DNA from: Desulfobulbus propionicus DSM 2032 | GTDB taxonomy: Bacteria > Desulfobacterota > Desulfobulbia > Desulfobulbales > Desulfobulbaceae | DNA length: 32,000 nucleotides | Reading direction: 5' to 3' | Assembly: GCF_000186885.1 (NCBI RefSeq) | Contig: NC_014972.1 | Span: 1,080,001-1,112,000, forward strand | Shown here: positions 1 through 10,406 of the stretch, piece after piece | How the letters are laid out: every line of letters starts with the position of its first letter | Position numbering within the stretch: the stretch's first letter is position 1 | The notes under the pieces: model-generated | Told to the model about the DNA's origin: nothing | The model's input: the letters and a program-made list of their open reading frames with translations, nothing else | Databases searched by the model: none | Translations under genes and position numbers: made by a program

Positions 1-115
1 GGGTTGAGAAACGGGTCTGGTGCAACGAGAAGGAAGAACGTCGTGCGGTGCGTCTTGTCCGGTTCGGCTGGCGAGGGCCCGGTTGTGACGGGTGGCAGGC
101 GAGCGGGACGCGGCC

Positions 116-1480
116 CTACTTGACCGCAATGCCCAAGGCCTTCACTTTTTTGTGCAGATGACTGCGTTCCATGCCGATCTGTTCGGCGGTTTTGGAAATG
201 TTGCCGTCATTTTCCTCGATCTTGGCCGACAGGTAATCGGTTTCAAACCGGCGGCGCGCGTCCTTGAAGGAGAGGTGACGGTACATCGGATCAACAGGCT
301 GTGCCGGCGGTGGATGCAGCGGCACGTTGCCGAGGAAAAGCGCCACGTCCTCCGCTCCGATTTCCTCGCCCGGGGTCATGATCACCAGCCGCTCCACCAG
401 GTTGCGCAATTCGCGAACATTGCCCGGCCAGTGATGGCGTTGCAGCATGTCGAGGGCATCGGCGGAAAAGTGCCGCCATCCGATACCCTTATGACTGAAC
501 TGCTTGACGAATTCGGCCACCAGCAACGGGATGTCCTCCCGGCGTTCGGCTAGATCGGGCACGACAAGCGGGACCACGTTCAGCCGATAGAACAGGTCGG
601 CCCGAAAGTGACCCTGCTCGATCTCTTCTTCCAGATTCTTGTTGGTGGCCGCCAGAACGCGGACATCGACCTCGATGGTCCGAGAACCGCCCACCCTCTC
701 GAACTTCTGTTCTTGAAGAATACGCAGCACCTTGGCCTGGCTTTTCTGGCTCATGTCACCGATCTCGTCGAGAAAAAGGGTCGAGCCGTTGGCTTGGTCG
801 AATTTGCCCTTTTTGTTTTCCGTGGCTCCGGTGAAGGCGCCCTTGACATGGCCGAACAGTTCGGATTCGATCAACTCTTCCGGGATGGCGGCGCAGTTGA
901 CCGCCACCATCGGGTGTTTGCTCCGCAGCGAATGGCGATGGATGGTCTGGGCCACCAGCTCCTTGCCGGTACCGTGTCCGCCCCGGATCAAGACCCAGGC
1001 GTCGGTGGGCGCAACCCGTTCAATCTGCTGCCGCAGGTGCGCCATCAGCGGACTGTTGCCGATCAGATGGGCAACTGCCGGTCCGTTTTCGCGCAGCAAC
1101 TGGTTGTCCCGTTCCAATTGCGCCAACTGCAGCCCCTTTTTGATCGAGAGGATGGTCTTGTCATAGGAGAGGGGTTTTTCGATGAAATCGAACGCGCCGT
1201 TGCGCGTCGCCTGCACTGCGGTTTCGATGGTGCCGTGTCCGGAAATCATGATCACCGGCAGGCTGAACCGCTGCTTGATCAGCCGCAGCGCCTCGAGCCC
1301 ATCCATGCCCGGCATCCAGATGTCGAGGAGAATCAAGCTGATATTTTTTTCGTCCAGCACCTGCAGCCCCTCTTCGGCGGAGGCGGCGGTCAGGGGGACG
1401 AATCCTTCGTCAACGAGAATGCCGGCAAGACTTTCGCGAATGGCGGCTTCGTCGTCAATGATGAGAATGGTGTCGGGCAT
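116..1480 (-). CDS. ntrX: NtrC-family sigma54-dependent response regulator (NtrX-like)
   Basis: Receiver domain (ILIIDDEAAIRE...LLDIWMPGMDG), AAA+ sigma54 activator domain with GAFTGA loop (GHVKGAFTGATENKKG) and GNVRELRN, and a C-terminal Fis-type HTH (GNISKTAEQIGMERSHLHKK). The ORF is open from 1543; the start is placed at MPDTILIIDDEA. It lies directly downstream of an NtrY-like kinase. Confidence 0.9.
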   Translation of the reverse strand: MPDTILIIDDEAAIRESLAGILVDEGFVPLTAASAEEGLQVLDEKNISLILLDIWMPGMDGLEALRLIKQRFSLPVIMISGHGTIETAVQATRNGAFDFIEKPLSYDKTILSIKKGLQLAQLERDNQLLRENGPAVAHLIGNSPLMAHLRQQIERVAPTDAWVLIRGGHGTGKELVAQTIHRHSLRSKHPMVAVNCAAIPEELIESELFGHVKGAFTGATENKKGKFDQANGSTLFLDEIGDMSQKSQAKVLRILQEQKFERVGGSRTIEVDVRVLAATNKNLEEEIEQGHFRADLFYRLNVVPLVVPDLAERREDIPLLVAEFVKQFSHKGIGWRHFSADALDMLQRHHWPGNVRELRNLVERLVIMTPGEEIGAEDVALFLGNVPLHPPPAQPVDPMYRHLSFKDARRRFETDYLSAKIEENDGNISKTAEQIGMERSHLHKKVKALGIAVK

Positions 1481-1557
1481 CGGGACGTACTGAGGGCAAG
1501 GAACAATCGGAAAAATGGCGAACCGTGGAGGGCGAGCTGGCAAACATGGGCATCATA

Positions 1558-3780
1558 TCAGGTATCCAGCGGCAGCTCAACCGCAAACACCGCCCCTGTC
1601 GGAGTGTTGTCGTAAACGCGAATGGAGCCGCCGTGCTCGCTGACAATGGTGTGGGCGATGGCCAGCCCCAGTCCGGTGCCGGATTTGCGAGTGGAAAAAT
1701 AAGGCTCGAAGATACGGAGCTTGACCTCGTCGCTGATCCCTGGGCCGGTATCGGCCACCTCCAAGCGGACGGTCGCGCCGTTCCCGCCTGGGCCGAGGGT
1801 GACCGCAATGTTGCCGCCGCCGGCGAGCACCGATACCGCGTTGTCGAGCAGATTGATGAGCACCCGCTTGATCTGTACCGCATCAAAGAGGAATTCGGGC
1901 AGGGCGGGGTCGGCATGGCAGGTGATGGTCAATTGTTTGTGCGCTTCCTGGTAGAGCACGACCACTTCCTGGACCAGGAGGCCGAGATTTTTGCGTTCCT
2001 TGTGCAGCTGCGGCATGCGGGCGAAGTCGGAAAACTCGCTCACCAGGTTTTTGATTTCATCCACCTGGTTAATGATGGTGGCGGTGCATTGATCGAAAAT
2101 GGCCCGGTTTTCGCCGATGGTGTCCAGGTAGCGTTTACGCAGCCGCTGGGCCGACAGCTGAATCGGGGTCAGCGGATTCTTGATCTCATGGGCAATGCGG
2201 CGGGCCACTTCCTGCCAGGCGGCGAGCCGCTGCGCCTTTTCCAGGTTGGTCAGGTTGTCGAAGACGATGACAAAGCCGATGGGGTGCTGCCAGTCGTCGA
2301 GCATCCGGGTCACGTTGACCTGGAGGGAAAGGGTCTCGCCGCGCCGGATGGTCACCCGCAGGTGGCGTTCGATGGTCGCCTTGCCCGTCTCAAGCAGCTC
2401 CCTGAGAAAGCTCTCGACGATCAGGGCGTGCTGCTTCGGCAAGGCGGCGTGGAAGTCCTTGCCGAGAAACGTGGCCGGGCGAATGGCCAACAGTTTCTCG
2501 GCAAAACGGTTGATGGTGGTGATGCGGTTGTTCTCGTCTAGGGCAATCACCCCGGCGGCAACATTTTCGAGAATGGTTTCCAGATAGCGGCGGCGCTGTT
2601 CCGAAACCTCGTTACTGTCCTGCAAGGCCCGGTGGGTCCGGGCCAGTTGCTGGTTGGAGGCGAGGATTTCGGCGGTCATGGAATTGAACGAATCGACCAG
2701 CATCCCCATCTCGTCGTCCGCCTCTTTTTCGACGATGAAATCCATGTCGCCGTCCGCCACCCGTTTGGTGGCCTCGGCCAGTTTGTTGATCGGGCCGGTG
2801 AGACTGCGGGCGATGTAGAAACCGAACCAGATGGCGCCGAACACAATCAGCAGGGTGATGATCAGCAGCATGATGATCAGGCTGAACTTGATCGGTGCCT
2901 TGAGCATGATCATCTGCTGGTAGCCGGTAATGCCGTCGGAAATGGATTGCATGGTTTCCAGCTGAGCCGAGGGCAACAGCAGGGTGGTGATCAGAAACCA
3001 GGTTTGCGGCGTGCCCACCGTGACTTGTACCGGAACAATTGCCTGGATCAGTTCACCAATGGTGGTGCGGCGGCTGACCAGTTCGGTCCGGTCGGTGTTG
3101 GCGGTCAGTCGCAGGGCTTCCGAGGGCAGAGTCGGCGAGGCAATGGATGCCAGGCGCGGTCCCTTGACGGAAACAACAGGCCTGCGCTGGCTGTCGAGGA
3201 GGAGGAGGCTGTCCGGCGCGCCAGGCAGATCGATTTCCAGGGTCTGGGCAAAAAAACGTTTGAGCGTGGCCGGATTGTCCAGCGGCAGGGTGCCGCTCTC
3301 CAGGAGGGACGCCAATTGCCGGCCGGTATACTCGGCTTTTTCTTCGGTATCGTGCAGGATCGACTGCGCCAGCTTCAGGGAGGATTGGAGGGATTCCTCG
3401 ACCCGGGCGTTGAACCAGTAATCCATGGACGTCGAGACAAAGCGCAGGGCCACGAGAAATAAAATCGCGGTCGGTACCAGGGAGAGGGAAACAAAGCAAA
3501 TGACCAGCCGGGTGCGGAGCCGCGATCCGAGCAGATGCTGTTTGCGCTCAAAAACCAGTTCCACCAGGTTGCGCAGCACCAGGTAGAGCATGAGCAACAG
3601 CAGCAGCCCGTTGATGTTGATCAGGGCAAAGATGAGGATGGTGCTGGAAATGGGCAGGGAAAAATCGCCGCTGAGCAGTCCGCGCTGGACGGAACCCAGC
3701 ACCGGGATCAGGAGAAGGCAGAAGGCGATGACGATCCGGACCAGCCGCTGTTTCTTTTTCTTCTGTTCCGCGGTGAGCAT
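1558..3780 (-). CDS. ntrY: NtrY-like membrane sensor histidine kinase (HAMP, PAS, HisKA, HATPase)
   Basis: Several N-terminal TM segments, HAMP linker (RSLTGPINKLAEATKRVADGDMDF), PAS region, H-box (VARRIAHEIKNPLTPIQLSAQRLRKRY), N box (VLINLLDNAVSVL) and G boxes (DTGPGI, STRKSGTGLGLAIAHTIVSEHGG). Confidence 0.92.
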   Translation of the reverse strand: MLTAEQKKKKQRLVRIVIAFCLLLIPVLGSVQRGLLSGDFSLPISSTILIFALININGLLLLLMLYLVLRNLVELVFERKQHLLGSRLRTRLVICFVSLSLVPTAILFLVALRFVSTSMDYWFNARVEESLQSSLKLAQSILHDTEEKAEYTGRQLASLLESGTLPLDNPATLKRFFAQTLEIDLPGAPDSLLLLDSQRRPVVSVKGPRLASIASPTLPSEALRLTANTDRTELVSRRTTIGELIQAIVPVQVTVGTPQTWFLITTLLLPSAQLETMQSISDGITGYQQMIMLKAPIKFSLIIMLLIITLLIVFGAIWFGFYIARSLTGPINKLAEATKRVADGDMDFIVEKEADDEMGMLVDSFNSMTAEILASNQQLARTHRALQDSNEVSEQRRRYLETILENVAAGVIALDENNRITTINRFAEKLLAIRPATFLGKDFHAALPKQHALIVESFLRELLETGKATIERHLRVTIRRGETLSLQVNVTRMLDDWQHPIGFVIVFDNLTNLEKAQRLAAWQEVARRIAHEIKNPLTPIQLSAQRLRKRYLDTIGENRAIFDQCTATIINQVDEIKNLVSEFSDFARMPQLHKERKNLGLLVQEVVVLYQEAHKQLTITCHADPALPEFLFDAVQIKRVLINLLDNAVSVLAGGGNIAVTLGPGGNGATVRLEVADTGPGISDEVKLRIFEPYFSTRKSGTGLGLAIAHTIVSEHGGSIRVYDNTPTGAVFAVELPLDT

Positions 3781-3797
3781 GCAGTGAGGGAGCGGGG

Positions 3798-4373
3798 TCA
3801 GTATCTGAACTCGATGGTCCGCCAGTCGGTTTCGAAATCCCAGAGGGAGGAGAAGGGCAGAATCCGGTGCATGCCAAGGGGCAGGGATCCCTTTTTGAGG
3901 GTGACCTTGAAATGAATGGCATAGGGTGCATCGGGGATCAGCTGTGAAAGAGCGATCACCTTGACGCCGTTGAGTTCGGCCGTCAACCGTTTGGCCTCGT
4001 CGAGATCCGTGGTGGTCACCGCCTTTCCTTCCTGGTCGGAAAAAGTGATCCGATATTCTTGCCGCTCGGCATCGAAGCTCAGCGTATGGGTGACCGAGGA
4101 TTCGACCAGCGAGGTGTTCAGCCAGTTACCGCTGGTCTTGATCAGTTCCAGTTGATAAGTGAAGACAACGGGAATGCCGCTTTTCACCCCTTCGATCATT
4201 TCCTGGGTAAAACCGTTTTTCACCGTGGCAAAGAGCAACAGGTCGACATCCGAGGTGGTGACAATGATGTCCTTGATCTCGGGCGTGACCTCGTCGGCGG
4301 CAGTCAGCAGGCTGGAAGGCAGGAGCAGCAACAAACCGCAGAGCAAGGCTATGTGCAAGTGTAATCGTTTCAT
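3798..4373 (-). CDS. DUF4390 domain-containing protein with signal peptide
   Basis: 191 aa with an N-terminal signal sequence (MKRLHLHIALLCGLLLLLPSSLLTA). Overall pattern and position immediately upstream of ntrYX match the DUF4390 family. Confidence 0.75.
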   Translation of the reverse strand: MKRLHLHIALLCGLLLLLPSSLLTAADEVTPEIKDIIVTTSDVDLLLFATVKNGFTQEMIEGVKSGIPVVFTYQLELIKTSGNWLNTSLVESSVTHTLSFDAERQEYRITFSDQEGKAVTTTDLDEAKRLTAELNGVKVIALSQLIPDAPYAIHFKVTLKKGSLPLGMHRILPFSSLWDFETDWRTIEFRY

Positions 4374-4437
4374 TATATGGTCAAGAGAACGCGACGGGCG
4401 CGCTCTGGAGGTGGAACGGCTAAAAATATACCCTGAG

Positions 4438-4466
4438 CATATACCTGATCACCGGCCTTTTGTCCA
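4438..4466 (-). promoter_or_regulatory. Candidate sigma70-type promoter for the DUF4390-ntrY-ntrX operon
   Basis: On the minus strand: TGGACA (4461-4466), 17-nt spacer, TATATG (4438-4443), 65 nt upstream of the DUF4390 start codon. Motif match only. Confidence 0.35.
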
Positions 4467-4608
4467 TGACAAGAGACCGGGTGAAGAGGGACAAGTTGTT
4501 GCTCTTGAATGATTTACGGGGTGCGGAGGGCGCCGTTGCCGCTCGATGGGCCGGAGTGGACGGGACCGGAACCTCTTTCCCTGGAAAGGCGGCGATCAGG
4601 TGGACCGG

Positions 4609-6612
4609 TTACCATTCGATCCGCAGCAGATTGTCCAGCGGTCGCACCCGGGCAAGCCGGATCCGGACAATGTCGCCGGGTTCGACCGGAAACGCCGGAT
4701 TGGGCGGCAGGTCGACGTCGAACAGGCAGTCGCAGAGCAGTAGATTGACCCGTTTCGCTCCCTGGCCAACCACCAGGGCGTTGATCCGTTGACCTTCCTT
4801 GGGTTCGAGATAGCGAAGAATCCAATACCGATGGCGTTGCTGCCGGATGGCATTGGCGCGACCGAGCTTCTGCTGGATGATGCCGGCAAAGGTCTTGCAT
4901 TCCTCGCTTGAAAAAAGAATGCCGCGGCCATGGATCATGTGGCAGAGTTGGTGCTGCATGGCCAGATCGAGAAAGCGACGGATCGGCGAGGTGATGGTGG
5001 TATAGCTGTTGAGGCCGAGACCGCTGTGGGGCTTGGGGTGGGCGGTCAGCTCGCCCCGGGCGAGAAAGCGGCGCTGATGGGCAATGTCGGCCAGGTTGTT
5101 CTGCACGCCGGAGATGATTCGGCGGCGCGGCGGCGGCTGCGAGCGGAACAGGCCCGGAGCTTCCCGCGCCGCCATGTAGGAGGCGGCCAGGCTGTTGGCC
5201 AGGATCATCAGCTCGGAGATCAGGTTGCGCGCCGGCGTGTCCACCGGTGACAGATAGACCTGAATGTGCTCCCGGTCGCGGATATCGATGTTGACATCAG
5301 GCAGGGACAGCAGCAACGCCCCCTTGTCGACCCGCTGTTGGCGGAGTTGCTGACGGACAACGTTCAGGGCCGCCAAGTCGGGATCGCGCTCGATCAACTG
5401 ATCCGCCTCGCGGTAGCTCAACTGGCGTTTGACCTCGATCACCGCCGGCACGATGGAGGAGTGAACGATTTCGCCCGTCGCGGTCAAGGTGACGAGAAAA
5501 CTGATGGTCGGCCGAATCTTGCCCTGAATCAGGCTGCACAGATCGAGCGACAGCTCCTGGGGCAACATGGGAATGTGGCCTTCGGGGAAATAGATCGAGG
5601 TCGAGCGCTCCCTGGCTTCGGCGAAGAGCGGACTCTTGGGGGGCACATAGTAGCTGACATCGGTGATGTGGATGCCAACCTCGACGTGGCCATCGTCCTT
5701 GCGGACAATATGGACCGCATCGTCGAAATCGCGGGTGGAGGCGCCGTCGATGGTCAGGGTGTCGAGGGCTCGCAAATCCCTGCGTTTGGCGTCGGCAAGC
5801 AGTTCCTCGAGGGTGGCCTCGCGAAGGGATTGGCTGAGCTGCAGGCAAGGTTCGGGAAACTCGATCGGCTGGTCGGAGCGAAGCAGGGCCAGGTTCTCGT
5901 CCGCATCCCAAACTCCCGCCTTGACCAGCAACGCATGACCGCTGTGCGGCGCGGTGAAGCCGGCTTTTTTCAGAACCAGGCGGCAGAACTCATCCTCGGC
6001 GCATTCGCTGCCCTGCAGCACCCATTGCGCCAGCCAGTGCAGACAGCGCTCGCGTTCAGGCCACTCATCCTCGACACTCGCTTCCCCTCGCATGATTTTT
6101 TGCAGACCGATGGCCGCCTGGTCGAGGAGTCGCGCTTTTTCCGCTTCCCGCTGCCGTTGCAGACGCATCTGTTCGACCTGCTCCGCGCTGTGGGTCGTGA
6201 TCAGGCCGTTTTTGAATTTGAAGAACAGAGAATCGGCGAAGACCGCCCGGAGAAAGGCGGCGCGTTGATCGTCGGTGGCGCGGTCGCCGAAAAAAAGTTC
6301 GGCAAGGAAGTCGGGCTGAAACTCGTTATCCGCCTCCTCATTGACAATCTGCCACAATTCCTCCAGACGGATGGTGTCGGCCAGCGCCGCCCGGTCGGTG
6401 GCGCGCTGTTGGAGGAGCGCGGTGAGTGCCTCCCTGCTGGGCGGCTGCGGACAGGGTTGCCGGGAGGCGATCAGCACCCGCGATTCCGGCAGATGGAGTT
6501 CTCGTCCGTTCTGGCTGAGCAGATGAATCTTTCTGTCGGCAAGGCCGGTGACGTACCCGCAGAAAAATCTGCCAGCGTCGATGAATTCAATAAGGCTGCC
6601 GGGGGAGATCAT
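4609..6612 (-). CDS. RNase II / RNB-domain exoribonuclease
   Basis: 667 aa with RNB active-site signature [16 protein letters not shown], plus [18 protein letters not shown]-type region, [36 protein letters not shown] and the [17 protein letters not shown] motif. Confidence 0.88.
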   Translation of the reverse strand: MISPGSLIEFIDAGRFFCGYVTGLADRKIHLLSQNGRELHLPESRVLIASRQPCPQPPSREALTALLQQRATDRAALADTIRLEELWQIVNEEADNEFQPDFLAELFFGDRATDDQRAAFLRAVFADSLFFKFKNGLITTHSAEQVEQMRLQRQREAEKARLLDQAAIGLQKIMRGEASVEDEWPERERCLHWLAQWVLQGSECAEDEFCRLVLKKAGFTAPHSGHALLVKAGVWDADENLALLRSDQPIEFPEPCLQLSQSLREATLEELLADAKRRDLRALDTLTIDGASTRDFDDAVHIVRKDDGHVEVGIHITDVSYYVPPKSPLFAEARERSTSIYFPEGHIPMLPQELSLDLCSLIQGKIRPTISFLVTLTATGEIVHSSIVPAVIEVKRQLSYREADQLIERDPDLAALNVVRQQLRQQRVDKGALLLSLPDVNIDIRDREHIQVYLSPVDTPARNLISELMILANSLAASYMAAREAPGLFRSQPPPRRRIISGVQNNLADIAHQRRFLARGELTAHPKPHSGLGLNSYTTITSPIRRFLDLAMQHQLCHMIHGRGILFSSEECKTFAGIIQQKLGRANAIRQQRHRYWILRYLEPKEGQRINALVVGQGAKRVNLLLCDCLFDVDLPPNPAFPVEPGDIVRIRLARVRPLDNLLRIEW

Positions 6613-6735
6613 CGGTATAACACGTTGCGAAGTTCGAGGGTCATGGTAAGCTACAACCGATAGCAGGATTCCACCTCTTTGTCATTATTTTCTTCGGGGA
6701 TTTTTCCCGCACGCTTCCAACAAGGACACAGACCA

Positions 6736-7635
6736 TTGACCACCACGCCTCATCGTTCCGGTGTAGCGGCCATCATCGGCCCGCCCAATGCCGGCAAATC
6801 GACCCTGCTGAACCATCTCCTGGGGCAGAAGATCGCCATTGTCACCCCCAAGCCGCAGACCACCCGCAACCGGATCATGGGTATTGTCACCGGGACGTCC
6901 TATCAGATGATTCTTCTTGATACGCCGGGACTGCATGCGGCACGGGAGGAAATGAACCGGCAGATGGTGCGAGTGGCGTTGGAGAGCCTGGCCGAGGCCG
7001 ATGTGATTCTCTTCCTGGTCGATGGCGCCGACTGGGCGGAAAAAAAGCGGGAGCAGCGGGCCGAGGAGTTTCAGGGCTATTTGGAAAAAATGACCTGCCC
7101 GGTGGTGCTGGCGCTCAACAAGGTGGATCTGCTGCCGTCGGCGCAGCTGCTGCCGGTCATGGACTGGTACCGTAGGCTCTACCCCTTTGCCGCCATGGTG
7201 CCGATCTCGGCGTTGCGGGGCACGGGAATCGACACCCTGACCGACGAGTTGGTGGCCCGTTTGCCGGTTGGACCCCAGTATTATCCGGAGGATATCCCCA
7301 CCGATGCCAGCGAGCGGTTCATCGCCGCCGAAATCATCCGGGAAAAGATCTTTCTGCTCACCCGTGATGAGGTGCCCTATTCGACCGCAGTGATCATCGA
7401 TAGTTTCGAGGAAGGCGAGCCGGTGGTCATTCAGGCGACCATCCTGGTGGAGCGCAGTTCGCAGAAGGGCATTCTGGTCGGGCAGAAGGGCAGTATGTTG
7501 GCGGCGATCCGCAAAAGCGCCACCCGGGAGATCGAGCAGCTGCTCGGTTGCCGGGTGCGGCTGCATCTGTGGATCAAGGTGAGGAAAAATTGGACCGGCA
7601 ATCCCGCCATTCTTAGGGAACTGGGGCTTGGGTGA
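6736..7635 (+). CDS. era: GTPase Era
   Basis: G1 GPPNAGKST, G3 DTPG, G4 NKVD, SALRGTGIDTL, and a C-terminal KH region (ERSSQKGILVGQKGSMLAAIRKSATREIEQLLGCRVRLHLWIKV). The ORF is open from 6679; a TTG at 6736 preceded by AAGGA is the more plausible start. Confidence 0.93.
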   Translation: MTTTPHRSGVAAIIGPPNAGKSTLLNHLLGQKIAIVTPKPQTTRNRIMGIVTGTSYQMILLDTPGLHAAREEMNRQMVRVALESLAEADVILFLVDGADWAEKKREQRAEEFQGYLEKMTCPVVLALNKVDLLPSAQLLPVMDWYRRLYPFAAMVPISALRGTGIDTLTDELVARLPVGPQYYPEDIPTDASERFIAAEIIREKIFLLTRDEVPYSTAVIIDSFEEGEPVVIQATILVERSSQKGILVGQKGSMLAAIRKSATREIEQLLGCRVRLHLWIKVRKNWTGNPAILRELGLG

Positions 7636-7712
7636 GAGACCCAACGGCTCGTCTTGGCGCCGCTTGGTCGGGCGTCCAGCGTACCGAGGCCGTGCTCATG
7701 CTTTTTTCTCGA

Positions 7713-9041
7713 TTAGCGCTGGTCGGTGAGATTGAGGCTTTTGAGAATGATCAAGGCGGTGCGCAGTTGGTTGTCCTGTTCTAATCGTTGTGCAATCTGT
7801 TTGATATCGTTGATTTTCTTGAAACTTTCTTCCTGGTCCTCCACGGCTTCCTCGTTTTTGCCCGGGGGGGGAGAAGGTTGGGCGGCTTCATTTTCCAGGT
7901 GACGGGGCAGATCCTTTTCCCGCGTGGTGACAGGGGAAGACAGCGGTGCGTCCTTGGTTTCGTTTGTGGTGAGCGGCACCACCATGTCGGGTTTGATGCC
8001 GGTGGCCTGGATTGAATCACCGCTGGGGGTGTAGTATTTGGCGGTCGTCAGGCGAAGACCGGCGCCGTCGGGCAACGGCAGGATGGTTTGGACCGACCCC
8101 TTGCCAAAGGTGGTGGTGCCAAGAATAATTGCCCGTTTATGATCCTGGAGCGCGCCGGCGACGATTTCCGAGCCGCTGGCGCTGCCGCCGTTGACCAGGA
8201 CCACCATGGGAAAATCACTGTGGCTGTCGTCCGGATGAGCCTCAAAAACCATCTGCTCCTCCTTGTTTCTGCCCTTGGTGGAGACAATGACCCCCTTGTC
8301 GAGGAAAATGTCGGCGATCTTGACCGCCTGGTCAAGCAGTCCACCCGGATTGTTGCGCAGGTCGAGAATCAATCCCCGCAGGGCAGATTTTTTCTTGAGG
8401 TCTTTGAGGGCGCTACGCACATCCTTGGTGGTGGATGCCTGAAAATTGGAAATGCGGATATAGGCAAACCCCGTATCCAATTCCATGGACTTCACCGAAA
8501 ACAAGGGGATAGCTTCCCGAATCAGGGTATAATCCCGGGGCTCCCTCCATTCTTGACGATGGATGGTGATGGTCACCGATGTGCCCTTTTCACCCCGCAA
8601 TTTCTTGACCGCCTCCAACAGGGTCATGGTCTTGGTCAGTTCGCCGTCAATCCGCACGATCTGATCGCCGGACCGGATGCCCTGCCGGTCCGCGGGCGTT
8701 CCCTCGATCGGGGCGACTGCGGTGAGGATGCCGTCACGGATGGAAATCTCGATGCCGATGCCGGTGAAACTGCCTGATGTTTCTTCTTCCAGGTCCTTGA
8801 AATCCTCCGCTGTCATATAGGCGGAATGGGGGTCGAGCGACCCCAGCATACCGTTGATCGCACCGGTGATCACCTTGCCTGAATCCACCTCCTCGACATA
8901 GTACTGTTGGATCAAGGTCAGTACATTGGCAAAGGTTTCCAGGTCTCTGTACAGGTCTCGCTCCTGTTTGCCCTCGTCGGCGCGGACAGGGGTGGTCAAG
9001 AAACACAGGAAGGTGATCAGCAGGACAATCGGGTGTTTCAT
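7713..9041 (-). CDS. ctpA: S41-family carboxy-terminal processing protease (CtpA/Prc-like)
   Basis: Signal peptide, PDZ domain (GIGIEISIRDGILTAVAPIEGTPADRQGIRSGDQIVRIDG), S41 core (LRNNPGGLLDQAVKIADIFLDKG, VLVNGGSASGSEIVAGALQDHKRAIILGTTTFGKGSVQTI). Start at MKHPIVLLITF; the annotated ORF is open upstream. Confidence 0.92.
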   Translation of the reverse strand: MKHPIVLLITFLCFLTTPVRADEGKQERDLYRDLETFANVLTLIQQYYVEEVDSGKVITGAINGMLGSLDPHSAYMTAEDFKDLEEETSGSFTGIGIEISIRDGILTAVAPIEGTPADRQGIRSGDQIVRIDGELTKTMTLLEAVKKLRGEKGTSVTITIHRQEWREPRDYTLIREAIPLFSVKSMELDTGFAYIRISNFQASTTKDVRSALKDLKKKSALRGLILDLRNNPGGLLDQAVKIADIFLDKGVIVSTKGRNKEEQMVFEAHPDDSHSDFPMVVLVNGGSASGSEIVAGALQDHKRAIILGTTTFGKGSVQTILPLPDGAGLRLTTAKYYTPSGDSIQATGIKPDMVVPLTTNETKDAPLSSPVTTREKDLPRHLENEAAQPSPPPGKNEEAVEDQEESFKKINDIKQIAQRLEQDNQLRTALIILKSLNLTDQR

Positions 9042-9230
9042 GTGGTCATCACTAACCGGGAAGAGAAGAGAAAAAAGCCCCAAGAAGACGGAAAGCAGTC
9101 AACGCGACGAATTGGATCGCGGTGAACGGGAATGGATTGAAGCTTACTTGTTTCCACAACTTAACGGGATTTCAAAGGCGAGGCAACGGATATTCGCCAT
9201 GGGCCGGAAAATCCCGTTTGCCGAAGACCA

Positions 9231-10406
9231 TCAAGGCTGGGCGAGGGATCCGGGCTTGAGCCAGAGGAGGGGATCCTCGGCCACGGCATCGTGGCGGATC
9301 TCAAAATACAGGCCGCTGCCGAACAGCGTGTCGGTGCTGCCGGTGGTACCGATGATCTGTCCTTGCGTGATCGGATCGCCTTGGCGTACCCGGATCGCGT
9401 CAAGTCGCGCGTAGACGGTGAAGTATTGCCCCTCGTGGTCGATGATGATCATCTTTCCGTATCCACGCATGGTATCGGCAAAGAGTACCGTTCCCTCATA
9501 GACGGCGTAGACCTCGGTCCGTTCGCCGGTGGCGATGGAGATACCGTTGGCGAACGTCATGTCGCCGTCGCTGGCGGAACTGTCGCGGAAGCGGGAGACC
9601 ACCTCGCCCCAGACCGGTGGCGACAGTTTTCCCTTGGTCAGTTGAAATCCCTGGCCCTTTTGCCCATTTGTCCTGGTGGTTGTCGCCAGGGTGGAGGCTA
9701 ACCGGTTCTCCGCCTTCCGCATCTCTTTGAGCGCTTGTTCGTACAGGTCTTTCTGGGTCTGGACGCGCTGCAACATCCGTTGTTTTTCTTCGGCGGCCTG
9801 CTGGAGAGCCGCATTCTCCTTGTCGGCGTCGGCCAGGAAATTTTCCAGCACTCCTTTTTCCAGTTCGCTCGATTGCCGCGTCCGCTGCAGGGTGGTCAGG
9901 CTTTCCCGGTAAGTCTTGAACAGCGCCTGGTCGTAGGTGATCAGCGAATGAAAGCCATCCAGGGTCAGAAGCAGATCCGGCAAGGGCTTACCGGAAAAGG
10001 TAACGTTGAGAAAACCGGTTCTGCCCATGATGTAAAAGGCCTTGAGGCGTTTGAGCAGGTGCTGGCGCAGGGCTTCGTTGCTTTCCATGAGAGACGCCAG
10101 TTCCCGTTCCTTGGCGGCCAGCACCTGTTCTTGTTGACGGATTTTTTCTTTGAATTCATCGACCTTGCCCTTGTGGACCGCGATTTTTTCCTCCATCTGC
10201 TGGAGTTCGTCGAGCAGGGACCGCTCCTCTTGGGCACTTTGTTCGAGCATCAGTTCCTGTTGCTTGATGCCGAAGCGGAGTTTGCCGATGTTGAGGGCCT
10301 CTGCATGGCCGCGTTCGGCCGTCTCGGCGGGGCAAGGCGACGGTGCCAGCAAGCCGGCGAGCATGACCGCAACGGTCAGCAATAGGTTCAGGAGGCGTTT
10401 GCTCAT
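9231..10406 (-). CDS. envC: Murein hydrolase activator / M23-like peptidase, EnvC family
   Basis: Signal peptide, long N-terminal coiled coil, and C-terminal LytM/M23 domain (YAVYEGTVLFADTMRGYGKMIIIDHEGQYFTVYARLDAIRVRQGDPITQGQIIGTTGSTD...LYFEIRHDAVAEDPLLWLKP). Overlaps the end of ftsX by 4 nt. Start at MSKRLLNLL. Confidence 0.85.
   Translation of the reverse strand: MSKRLLNLLLTVAVMLAGLLAPSPCPAETAERGHAEALNIGKLRFGIKQQELMLEQSAQEERSLLDELQQMEEKIAVHKGKVDEFKEKIRQQEQVLAAKERELASLMESNEALRQHLLKRLKAFYIMGRTGFLNVTFSGKPLPDLLLTLDGFHSLITYDQALFKTYRESLTTLQRTRQSSELEKGVLENFLADADKENAALQQAAEEKQRMLQRVQTQKDLYEQALKEMRKAENRLASTLATTTRTNGQKGQGFQLTKGKLSPPVWGEVVSRFRDSSASDGDMTFANGISIATGERTEVYAVYEGTVLFADTMRGYGKMIIIDHEGQYFTVYARLDAIRVRQGDPITQGQIIGTTGSTDTLFGSGLYFEIRHDAVAEDPLLWLKPGSLAQP

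Noticed and set aside
92-4512. Several long plus-strand ORFs (92..553, 608..1615, 1525..2541, 2632..3462, 4059..4364)
   Set aside because: All are antisense to the ntrX, ntrY and DUF4390 coding sequences, which have strong domain signatures; none shows a plausible protein family.
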